Shown here in pieces: positions 1 through 9,617 of a stretch of 22,151 bases of DNA. The position numbers and the translations under genes are program-made. Position 1 is the first letter of the stretch. Each line of letters opens with the position of its first letter. The notes under the pieces were generated by a model. It had not been told where the DNA came from. It was given only the letters and a program-made list of their open reading frames with translations, and did not search any database. The stretch comes from Octopus sinensis. Taxonomy: Eukaryota. The DNA lies in assembly GCF_006345805.1 (NCBI RefSeq), contig NW_021836972.1, forward strand, positions 1 through 22,151. Reading direction: 5' to 3'.

Positions 1-200
1 AGCTATCGTAGTGATAGCGGTGGTGGTTATGGCAGTGGCGATGGTGGTGGTTGTAATGGCGGCTATGGCGGTGGTGGTAGTGGTGGTGGTGGTGGTGGTG
101 TTGGACAAGGTGGAGGTAGTGATTGTGATCGGAGTAGTAATATTTGTGGAAGTATACAATGCTGATATTCTTGGTGATAATGGTGATGCCATCGTCGCAT
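1..200. repeat. (GGT/GTG)n-rich low-complexity tract
   Basis: Degenerate GGT/GGC/GAT trinucleotide run. The poly-Val ORF 11..202 is a by-product. Confidence 0.85.
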
Positions 201-499
201 GAAAATATTGCCAAAGTGTCTAGTAATAACGGTAATGGATTCCTACGTGTTGGTCTACCGCCCTTTAGGGAATCCGTCTAAAAGAGCTCACGAATAAATA
301 AATTAGAAGAACGTGGAAATACACCGCCATAGAGAAATACACACACTCAAACACTTATTCACTCACACATACACACAAACATGCGTGCGCGCACACACAT
401 ATATGATATATACACATATATATACATACGTATATATTTATGAATAAATGTATACATGTATATATGTATGGATGTATCTATCTGTCTATCTATCTATCC

Positions 500-517
500 A
501 CATATATATAATATATA

Positions 518-567
<50 letters not shown>

Positions 568-712
568 CATTATATATATATATATATATACATATATACA
601 TATATACATATATATATATACATATATAAAACACACACGCACCACACCACATATATATATATATATATAGATATATATATAGATATATTGTGTGTTGTAT
701 ATATATATATAT
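500..712. repeat. (TA)n microsatellite complex; further (TA)n runs at ~938-981 and ~1010-1103
   Basis: Direct inspection. Confidence 0.95.
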
Positions 713-836
713 TATAGAGGGCATTACTATACATAATGGTACACGACGCAGGAGGGACACTCAAAGTCAAAAAACTAGTTTTGAATTTAAGAGTCCCTCT
801 AGCGTATGGCATTTATGTATAGTAATGCCCTCTATA
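713..836. mobile_element. 124-bp foldback / MITE-like palindrome
   Basis: 713-736 TATAGAGGGCATTACTATACATAA is the exact reverse complement of 813-836. The interior is an imperfect continuation of the palindrome (ACGC/GCGT, GAGGGAC/GTCCCTC, CAAAA/TTTTG). Flanked by TA-rich sequence. Confidence 0.55.
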
Positions 837-880
837 TAATATAAATAAATATATTTAAAAGAAAAAAATTGGTGGATTTT

Positions 881-922
881 TCTCTTATGAGGTACTAACT
901 ACTTGATACATTTTTGTAAGAG
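881..922 (+). ncRNA. Possible heavily decayed minimal hammerhead ribozyme motif
   Basis: TCT-CTTATGA-GGTA(CTAAC)TACT-T-GATA-CATTTTTG-TA-AGAG follows the type I hammerhead order, but both core boxes are mutated (CTTATGA for CTGATGA, GATA for GAAA). Confidence 0.25.
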
Positions 923-930
923 TTATCCTA

Positions 931-987
<57 letters not shown>

Positions 988-1007
988 TAAGCAACAAGGA
1001 TATCCAG

Positions 1008-1060
<53 letters not shown>

Positions 1061-1369
1061 TATATAGATATATATAATATATATTATATATATAGTATAT
1101 ATATAGAGAGAGAGGTGATTCACAAAAAAAAAACACAGAAAGAAGCAGGAGAGAAAATAAGAATGTGTGTGGCTAGCGATCTATCATGACGAATGCCGGA
1201 CAGATGGGTCAGACTGGAGAGCTAGAAAGAAGGGGAGATAATAAAGTAGTGGTGATCCCAAAACGAAGGTGCGCGTGCATGTATGTGCTTGTGAAAGTGG
1301 GCTGGCGACCTTGACGCGTGCGTGTGTGCATGTGTAGGTGTGTGGATGATGGTGTGGGTGCTGAGAAGT

Positions 1370-1412
1370 TTTGTAGACAGAAACTGAAAGAAGCCCGACG
1401 TATATATGTGTG

Positions 1413-1449
<37 letters not shown>

Positions 1450-1691
1450 TGCGTGCGTGTGTGCGTGTGTGTATGTTTCTGTGTCAGTGTTTGTCCCCCA
1501 ACATCACTTGACAACCGATGCTGGTGTGTGTACGTTCCCGTAACTTAGCGGTTCGGCAACATAGACCAATAGAATAAGTAATAGGCTTACAAAGAATAAG
1601 TCTTGGGGTCGATTTGCTAGACTAAAGGCGGTGCTCCAGCATGGCCGCAGTCAAATACCTGAAACAAGTAAAAGAGTAGAAGAGTAAAAGA
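1370..1691 (+). mobile_element. SINE family A, 5'-truncated copy (A1)
   Basis: Aligns by eye to A2-A5: GAAACTGAAAGAAGCCCG, internal (TA)n(TG)n, CAACATC.CTTGACAACCGATGCTGG ... GGCGGTGCTCCAGCATGG, (AAGAGT)n-like tail. Confidence 0.9.
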
Positions 1692-2109
1692 ATATTCGTG
1701 ATCCACAGAGTTCCTCCTACTATAAACCGGGTGTTCTACAAAACAGATTCGTTAATTTCATCTAATGCTCATATCCAGTGTACATCCGACGAGAAGTACC
1801 TTCGGATCTAAATATTTTCGTCTCTATATTGTGGATCCTGATCTTGGAAAGTCAACGCCACTTCTCATTATCGACGTCATTACCAACCATTATATTAATT
1901 TTGAGCCACTCCATAATTCGGTTTTGTTTTCTATTCCTTCGTTCCTGCGCATTCTTATCTTTCTAGCTTTGGGCTTTAACGATACCACATTATTACGTAA
2001 ATGACATCATAGTTTCAGTGAACAGTCTTAAGATTCAATAACAACCTATATATGTCTCTGCATGTGTATGTTCGTGAATGTGCGCGTTAGTTTATCCGTA
2101 TTTATATAA

Positions 2110-2557
2110 CGAGGGGATGCTGAAAAGTTCATTGCTTTAAGGGTATCGCGAAAAGCCTGGATGGAGGCCCGACCTTCTGAGTTCTTTTACAAGGCTGTTG
2201 CAATAAGTGTGTGAATCTGAGAGGAGAATGTGTTGGATATAGTAATAATTAACTGATCGTCATGTATTTTTTATATCATCATCATTGTTCGACCGTGGTC
2301 GAGACAATGGAATTTACCATGCTACGCCAGACTTCACGGTCCATCATGGCATTACGGAGGTCCTGTTGCTGGATGCCTGTATCCCTGGAGATTACATCAG
2401 GGTAGGAGAGTGTGCGCCCTCTGGTATTGCGAGTAGATGGCTTCCAGAGGAGAAGAGTAGAAATTACTTCTGTTTCAGCTCTACAACAATGTCCAGCAAA
2501 CTGGACTCTCCTACCTTTTTATATACCTAACGCCAGGAAGTTTTCAGCACCCTTTCG
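2110..2557 (+). mobile_element. Mariner-derived non-autonomous element (MITE), interrupted by a LINE fragment
   Basis: Imperfect TIRs CGAGGGGATGCTGAAAAGTTC (2110-) and GAAGTTTTCAGCACCCTTTCG (-2557) followed by TA. Interior 2152-2240 translates KAWMEARPSEFFYKA...CNKCVNLRGECVG, matching the mariner transposase C-terminus pattern (W...FF..G..L..R..KC...G.YVE). Confidence 0.75.
2277..2515 (-). mobile_element. RTE-type (RTE-X-like) LINE 3' fragment with intact frame and 9-bp TSD
   Basis: Minus strand 2515-2282 reads GRRVQFAGHCCRAETEVISTLLLWKPSTRNTRGRTLSYPDVISRDTGIQQQDLRNAMMDREVWRSMVNSIVSTTVEQ* with no stop, the typical RTE ORF C-terminus (AGHC..LLW.P...RGR....D..W). Short (TGA)n tail. TTTTTATAT is duplicated at 2268-2276 and 2516-2524. 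Confidence 0.85.
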
Positions 2558-2889
2558 TATATGATTTAACTACAATATTGTCTATGAAAATTACGTAGCT
2601 AAAGTCCATAAATTTCATCTGGGTTTGAAACAGCGTTCTCTGATCAGGCTGCTAGAAATTGAACTCAATAAACTAAAAGAAAGCATAATTAAGCTCCACG
2701 TATTTATATACTATGTATGCGTTTTATTGCGTTTTATCTCATTCGTTTCTCTTTTCGTTTACCTCCACTGATTTTTTTTCTAAGTTCTCACGTCTACTAT
2801 ACTTTATGTAAGCTGACTTTAAATGTCTTCTGTATCTGAAGCACCTGAGATGAGGAATATCTTATATATGTACACATACACATACCTAT

Positions 2890-3270
2890 GTGGAGGCGCA
2901 ATGGCCCTGTGGTTGGAGCAGCGGACTCGCGGTCATAGGATCGCGGTTTCGATTCCCAGACCGGGCGTTGTGAGTGTTTATTGGGCGAAAACACCTAAAG
3001 CTCCACGAGGCTCCGGCAGGGGATGGTGGTGATCCCTGCTGTACTCTTTCACCACAACTTCCTCTCACTCTTACTTCCTGTTTCTGTTGTACCTGTATTT
3101 CAAAGGGCCGGCCTTGTCACTCTCTGTGTCACGTTGAATATCTCCGAGAACTACGTTAAGGGTACACGTGTCTGTGGAGTGCTCAGCCACTTACACGTTA
3201 ATTTCACGAGCAGGCTGTTCCGTTGATTCGGATCAACCGGAACCCTCATCGTCATAACCGACGGAGTGCT
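2890..3270 (+). mobile_element. SINE family B, full-length copy (B1), tRNA-derived head
   Basis: Pol III A-box-like TGGCCCTGTGGTTGG and B-box-like GGTTTCGATTCCC. Roughly 95% identical by eye to 8702-9082. Confidence 0.9.
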
Positions 3271-3293
3271 TCCTACACATACCAGTGTATGTG

Positions 3294-3434
<141 letters not shown>

Positions 3435-3524
3435 AGGGAGATAGAGAGAGAGAGAGAGAGGTAGGTAGATAGGTAGACAGATAGACACAGACACACGTAC
3501 ACACACATTCGAGGACTTGTAACA

Positions 3525-3632
3525 TATTTCACTCACAGACATTTTGTCGACCCAAGGCTATGACCGAGAACACATAGCCACGGCACCGTGAGATCGAAAC
3601 GAGGACTACGAAATTGCTAAACAAACTTCTCG
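3525..3632 (-). mobile_element. Diverged SINE A-like 5' fragment
   Basis: CACTCACAGACATTTTGTCGACCCAAGGCTATG... resembles CACTCACAAGGCTTTGGTCGGCCCGAGGCTATAG of copy A3. Confidence 0.5.
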
Positions 3633-4079
3633 ACTAAATTTACATACCCACAGAAAAGCTTTAAAATGTTTTCACATGTATAATAATAATCTACCAAACT
3701 TCAACATTTTGTTTTCAAATTGCAAATCATATTGAAGCAATAACTCAAACGCTTCCATTTTCACAGGAAGTTATCATCAGTCTTGATGTTTCTAGGCAAT
3801 ATTACATCCGGATGGTTTCCTTGGCTTCAGTAGTTGTGACAAGATTGTCTCTATTTTTGGATGATTGCTGATTCATCCAATATGCGGACGATATAAATTT
3901 GTTTGGTTAATTGTATCTAAAACTAAGATCTATTAATCTTTTCACACTGAAATTACTTTCTAGTCAGATACATGTACGACAGAAAACATGTCTGACCCAT
4001 TCTCTCAATGTGAAATTGAATATACAGAAATATATATTTAATCACATATTGAAAAATATGTGATTGCTAGAAACACTTA

Positions 4080-4653
4080 AACACATACAAACATATACAC
4101 ATAAATACATACATATCTGTGTATATGTGTGAGTGTGCATGTATGTAAATATGTATATTTAAGTATATACAAGCATTCATGCATAAGCATATGTGTGTGT
4201 ATCACGTATAATTATAAACACAAAAATACACATATTTATACATAAATTGTCTTTCTCTCTTCCTCTCGTCATCTATCAAGCTCTATAGGTGTGTATGCAT
4301 GTATGTATCTATGTGTGTATGTATGTATGTATGTATGTATGTATGCATGTATGTATGTATGTATCTATCTATCTATTTATCTATCTGTCTATCTACCTAT
4401 CTATCCCTTTCTCACATGTACGCACACGCTCACATAACGACACACACACTCACTTATATGCGGCTCGGCTGTACTAGATACGCACATTAGACATTTCTCT
4501 ACTCTTAATTCTATACATACATGTATTCATGCATACCACACACACACACACACACACATACATACATACATACAAACATACATACATACATATATGTATA
4601 TATTTATATATTTGAGTATATATATTTGCGTATATTTATGTGTATATCTATCG

Positions 4654-4698
<45 letters not shown>

Positions 4699-4700
4699 AA
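4080..4700. repeat. Compound microsatellites (CATA)n, (TATG)n, (TATC)n, (CA)n
   Basis: Direct inspection. Confidence 0.9.
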
Positions 4701-5350
4701 CGTATAAGCATACCTACGCGTGGTGTGCTAGCATGTGAGCGCGTGCACATATGTTTGTGTTTGTTTCTTCAAGTGTATGTGTCGATCTGCTTGCCTATAA
4801 TAGGTTGGAAAGGATATTAACAAACCAAAAATTCCCTCGGAGTATATCCCATTTCATTCCACTTATATTCTAAAGAAGAACATCCCCTATATAAGCTCGG
4901 GCCTTAAGAAAGTCCGTTCTTCTGGCATTATATCAAATATAGCTGGGTCGTCGCAATAAGAATTCAGTTAGTAAACCTATGGCATTTTAACGCCGTCTAA
5001 ATATCTGTCAATAAATTGCTTCCACTATCGTAATAATCTTTTGATTTTGCTGTCAGATTCAAGAATAATTTGGTAAATTTCCCGACAATCTAACAACATT
5101 AAAACGAATGCTAGTAATAATTTCATGCCTGTCCTAGCAGAGTGCTTAATGTAAGTGACAGCTTTATTAATTATTTCCTGGATAAATGCTATTCTATTAT
5201 GTAATATATTGCTTATCTTTGTTAAATCTAACAGTTATTTGCTCAAACCGCCGACTTTGTGCGCCATATTTGATTTATGCACTGCGTATTTCCACAGGTT
5301 GTTCAAAACGGAGAATGCAGACGTGCACACTTACTTCTTACACACACGCA

Positions 5351-5355
<5 letters not shown>

Positions 5356-5422
<67 letters not shown>
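5356..5422. repeat. (TA)n microsatellite
   Basis: Direct inspection. Confidence 0.95.
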
Positions 5423-5425
<3 letters not shown>

Positions 5426-6410
5426 CACGCATTGTATTTTGTTACAGTGTTTTAAAAATATCTTGTCGAATATTTTGTTCTCAAGATAAAATTTTGCATT
5501 TAAGATTGAAGGTTATTAGCTGACAAGTTCATTTTCTTTCGTTCTTCAACTTTCTTAAATATATTTATATGTTTGGCTCCCCCTGCTTTTCTTTTCAATA
5601 ACCAAACGATGGAATTGAAAGAATTCAAAGAATCGATGCAATACCGACTAAAATGGTGTTTAGTTACAACCCTTTCATCTTTAGATCAAATCTTGTTGAT
5701 GTCGACTTCGAAGTTTTGTTTACTTTTTATTTTCATATCAATAAGCATAATTCATTTCAGTATAAATTAAAAGAAAAATGCAGAAAACAAAATTGGTGGT
5801 ATAATTAGCATCATTGTATAGCCCAAGGTCAGATTTGATTGAGCAAACTAATGATTATAAATGTTCCAAACGTTCTCGTCTTTCTGATTTTACCTACCAA
5901 AAGCTACACTTCTATAACTTATTACACCTTATTTTAAGAAGCTAGGATGTTATATGAATGACATTTGGCACGTTCACACACAGACATTCATACATACACA
6001 CACATATCTTTGCTTATGTTGGGTCTGGAACTTAAAGTGGACCGTAAAATTGCATGCCAGAGTACATCTATATGTGATTTCACATATACATGTTTATGCA
6101 TATCGATAAATATATTGATATGTTCATGTGAATGTGTATTCAAGTGGTCGGACAACAAATGAAGGGTCCTTTCTTTGTTTACATGTCCTGTTTTCCATTT
6201 TTCTTATTGTTTACATATTTTCCTCATCTTTTTCTCGTTTGTTTACGTACTTCATGTTATTTGCACTCTTATATGTATACTATTCTGCCTAAGTAATGGA
6301 TCTACAAATGCAATATCCCTGCAGATCTCACATCTATTTTCATTCCTCCACTTCACTCTCTATTTCATATCTTATCTAAATTAACTATTGCTTAATTATT
6401 TTCTCACACC

Positions 6411-6459
6411 GTCTCCGATGAAGGGATATAAAAAATATCCCGGAAACAAGCTGTAGGAC
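6411..6459 (+). ncRNA. Minimal type I hammerhead ribozyme motif (Penelope-like), core variant
   Basis: Stem I GTCT/GGAC; core CCGATGA (U4 to C); stem II GGGATAT(AAAAA)ATATCCC flanked by an unpaired A and G; GAAA; near-palindromic stem III CAAGCTG; GUA cleavage triplet at 6453-6455. Confidence 0.65.
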
Positions 6460-6524
6460 CTTCTACTTATAAATGTTCTAAAATCTTCACAGGCTTGGTT
6501 TTTTATCTTATTCTGAAAAAAATT

Positions 6525-6562
6525 ATATATATATATATTATATATATATATAATATATTATA

Positions 6563-6607
<45 letters not shown>

Positions 6608-6610
6608 TAT

Positions 6611-6658
<48 letters not shown>

Positions 6659-6692
6659 TGTTTGTGCATGTTGTGTGTGAGTGTGTGTGTGT
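6525..6692. repeat. (TA)n-(GA)n-(TG)n compound microsatellite
   Basis: Direct inspection. Confidence 0.95.
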
Positions 6693-6902
6693 GTGCCTTT
6701 ACGTATCTTTCATGAAATTAATTTTGACTGTGACTTCAGAAATCGTCTGGCGGTTTACTCAAATTTGTTCATTTGAATAAACTACTTGACACATTGGTCT
6801 TTGTGCATCCACTAAAGGTATGCAAATATAAAAAGTCAAATTAGCATTAAAACTGAATTTTATTTATCAACTGTATGCATGTATATATATATATATATAT
6901 AC

Positions 6903-6967
6903 ACCATGCTGTGGGACTGAACTCAGAAACATGTTACTGGGGCGCAAACTTCTTATCACACAGCCAC
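6903..6967 (-). mobile_element. SINE A tRNA-head fragment, diverged
   Basis: GTGGGACTGAAC..GAA.CATG...CTTATCACACAGCCAC matches the head of A3 (8495-8560). Confidence 0.6.
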
Positions 6968-7254
6968 GAAATATTTAATACCCAACACCTGTTGTATATG
7001 AGAGAATCTCAATCCTTAGAAAATTGCATTAAAGAAAAACGGATGTATATACATTTTACAGCAAGAAGTATTAGGATTAAACTTTTCCAGCTGTTACAGT
7101 GATCAACTAACTACTAACCACATGATGGTCGTTCAAACCGTTAGAATTTTTTGTCAAACCTCCTTTAATCCTTTTGGTACTCACCAAAGACCGCTTCCGG
7201 TTCTGTGACACAAACTGTCCATTTTAAGTATGTTCAATATTTCAATTCATATTG

Positions 7255-7430
7255 AGGCGACGAGTTGGCATATTTGTTAGTAAGCCGGACAAGACACTTA
7301 GCATCGTTTCTTCCGGTTTTACGTTCTGAGCTGAAAAGCTGCCGAGACTAACTTTTGGGGTCGATAAAATAAGTACCTGCTGAACACTGACGTCCATGTA
7401 ATCGTCTTACTCCTCCTCTAAAAAAAAAGT
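7255..7430 (+). mobile_element. SINE family C copy (C1), diverged
   Basis: AGGCGACGAGTTGGCA...TTACGTTCTGAG...GGGGTCGATAAAATAAGTACC...ATGTAATCGTCTTAC is the reverse complement of the family at 19092-20414. Confidence 0.8.
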
Positions 7431-7432
7431 TT

Positions 7433-7621
7433 GACTGTGTGGTAAGTAGCTTGCTTACTAAACCACATGGTTCCGGGTTCATTCCCACTGCGTGACGCCT
7501 TGGGCAAGTGTCTTCTACTATAGCCTCGGGCCGACCAAAGCCTTGTGAGTGAATTTAGTAGCCTTGTGAGTTGATTATTTGGTACATGGAAACTGAAAGA
7601 AGCCCGTCGTATATATTTGTA

Positions 7622-7695
<74 letters not shown>

Positions 7696-7912
7696 TGTGT
7701 GTGTGTGTGCTTGTGTGTCTCTGTTTGTCCCTCCAACATCGCTTGACAACCGATGCTGGTGTGTTTACGTCCCTGTAACTTAGTGGTTCGGCAAAAGAGA
7801 CCGATAGAATAAGTACTAGGCTTTCAAAGAATAAGCTCTGGGGTCGATTTGCTCGACTAAAAGCGGTGCTCCAACATGGCTGCAGTCAAATGACTGAAAC
7901 AAGTAAGAGAAT
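7433..7912 (+). mobile_element. SINE family A, near full-length (A2)
   Basis: tRNA-like head (GTGTGGTAAG ... GGTTCATTCCC), CCTTGGGCAAGTGTCTTCT segment, internal (TA)n(TG)n, conserved 3' half. Internal 21-bp duplication of AGCCTTGTGAGT... at 7539 and 7560. Confidence 0.92.
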
Positions 7913-7979
7913 AAAAAAATAGCCGAGTGTTAATATTTGAAACCAGTATTTAAATTATCTTGAAAATACCAGCTAATAT

Positions 7980-8142
7980 TGGTTTCAAATTTTTGGTACA
8001 AGACCAGCAACCTTGTGCAAAGTCGATTATATCGACTCCAGTGACTAACTGGTACTTATTTTATCGGCCCCCGATAGGATAAAAGACAAAGTCGACCAAC
8101 GTGGAATTTGAACTCATAACTTGCAGATGGATGAGATGCAGT
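7980..8142 (-). mobile_element. SINE family C copy (C2), head missing
   Basis: TTTTGGTACAAGACCAGC...AAGTCGATTATATCGAC...CTGGTACTTATTTTATCG...GGAATTTGAACTC matches C3-C8. Confidence 0.85.
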
Positions 8143-8145
8143 TAA

Positions 8146-8566
8146 TACTCATTACTCTTTTACTCTTTTACTTGTTTCAGTCATTTAACTGCGGCCATGC
8201 TGGAGCACCGCCTTTAGTCGAGCAAATCGACCCCAGGACTTATTCTTTGTAAGCCTAGTACTTATTCTATCGGCATCTTTTGCCGAACCGCTAAGTTACG
8301 GGGACATGAACACACCAGCATCGGTTGTCAAGCGATGTTGGGAGGATAAACACAGACACACAAACACACACACACATATATATATATATACATATTCATA
8401 TATACAGCGGGCTTCTTTCAGTTTCCGTCTACCAAATCCACTCACAAGGCTTTGGTCGGCCCGAGGCTATAGTAGAAGACACTTGCCCAAAGTGCCACGC
8501 AGTGGGACTGAACCCGAACCATGTGGTTGGTAAGCAAGCTACTTATCACAGAGCCACTCCTGCGCC
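8146..8566 (-). mobile_element. SINE family A, full-length (A3)
   Basis: Reverse complement of A2/A4 from head GGCGCAGGAGTGGC to (AAGAGTA)n-like tail. Confidence 0.93.
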
Positions 8567-8701
8567 TAATATTTATGTTATTTTACTTATTTTACCTCAA
8601 ATCATTAAATTCAAAATTAATAAAAACACATGGGCAGCGTATTGCCTCACAAATATGGTCACACACGGTTAAAGATAATACACATTTCCTACTTTAATAA
8701 A

Positions 8702-9093
8702 GTGGAGGCTCAATGGCCCAGTGGTTAGGGCAGCGGACTCGCGGTCATAGGATCGCGGTTTCGATTCCCAGACCGGGCGTTGTGAGTGTTTATTGAGCGA
8801 AAACACCTAAAAGCTCCACGAGGCTCCGGCAGGGGATGGTGGTGGTCTCTGCTGTACTCTTTCACCACAACTTTCTCTCACTCTTACTTCCTGTTTCTGT
8901 TGTACCTGTATTTCAAGGGGCCGGCCTTGTCACTCTCTGTGTCACGTTGAATATCTCCGAGAACTACGTTAAGGGTACACGTGTCTGTGGAGTGCTCAGC
9001 CACTTACACGTTAATTTCACGAGCAGGCTGTTCCGTTGATTCGGATCAACCGGAACCCTCATCGTCGTAACCAACGGAGTGCAAAAAAGAGAG
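8702..9093 (+). mobile_element. SINE family B, full-length (B2) with 11-bp TSD
   Basis: A box TGGCCCAGTGGTTAGG, B-box-like GGTTTCGATTCCC. ACTTTAATAAA duplicated at 8691-8701 and 9094-9104. Confidence 0.93.
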
Positions 9094-9351
9094 ACTTTAA
9101 TAAAAAATATGTGGGTATGTCTATTTGGTCAGGGCTAAAAAAACAGCATCAATAATCTCAGTGTATGGGTCCTGATCTGTGCACAAGTTGAGCCTCACTA
9201 ATCCTGAATGTATAAATCCATCAGCGTGGATAATTCAGGACGGTGATTTGAATCTAGGAGTCATTAGTTTGTATAAGGGCCGCTTGAGATCTGAAGCAGA
9301 TATGGAGCAGTTGTGAGGGCATGTCATGATAAGGTCACGAATGGCGACAAA

Positions 9352-9617
9352 AATACTAACTAACTGATTGCTTGCTTGACTGAATTATTATTTTATTATG
9401 GCCGGGTCCAACCCGGACCGCAGCAACAAAGTCAACCGGCCACACTTCTCGGTCCATCATCACTGCCTCGATGTTCTGGATACATTCCAGGCCAGTGTCT
9501 GTAATAAAGTTGTCGTTATGGGTTTGACGACGTTGACCTCTTCTTACATCACCATGAAGTGGGTTCCACAAGACTAATTTGAATGCTTCTAGTTCAGGGT
9601 GAATGATTGCATGACGA
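9352..9617 (-). mobile_element. RTE-type (RTE-X-like) LINE 3' fragment
   Basis: Translates RHAIIHPELEAFKLVLWNPLHGDVRRGQRRQTHNDNFITDTGLECIQNIEAVMMDREVW (HPE..KLVLW.P.HG...RG...DTGL...MMDR..W motif). Short AAGC/TTAG repeat tail. Confidence 0.8.

Noticed and set aside
448-1548. ORFs rich in Y/I/H/T/V/C (also at 3151-3542, 4289-4820, 5155-5489, 13551-14302, 16151-16683, 18272-18674, 20858-21127, 21524-21730)
   Set aside because: They are translations of (TA)n, (CA)n, (GATA)n, (CATA)n or (TTA)n tracts that lack stop codons in some frames; no domain content.
1209-1548. Recurrent 'MSSDVGG...' and 'DNRCWCVYVPVT' peptides (also 7555-7783, 8306-8672, 12013-12287, 16830-17287), and the repeated ORFs at 3023-3226 and 8836-9039
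   Set aside because: Conceptual translations of SINE A and SINE B copies, not a gene family.
1700-2030. Unique-looking segment with ORFs 1765-2004 and 1778-1966
   Set aside because: No recognisable motif in any frame I translated, and stops in the minus frames. May be an old repeat but cannot be assigned.
2890-2970. tRNA-like sequences with A and B boxes (also at 8702, 12048, 8500-8566, 20340-20414)
   Set aside because: They are SINE heads continuing into SINE bodies; no complete cloverleaf with an acceptor stem.
3759-3780. Minus-strand CTGATGA ... GAAA
   Set aside because: The 11 nt between the boxes cannot form stem II, and there is no stem III or NUH/stem I pairing.
5057-5150. Candidate exon with good acceptor (TTTTGCTGTCAG) and donor (GTAAGT)
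   Set aside because: Stops in all three frames. A non-coding exon cannot be excluded but is unsupported without RNA data.
9202-9240. Bulged hairpin TCCTGAAT..ATCCA/TGGAT..ATTCAGGA, and an 8-bp stem at 10320-10346
   Set aside because: Short stems without a recognisable family motif; plausible by chance in 22 kb.
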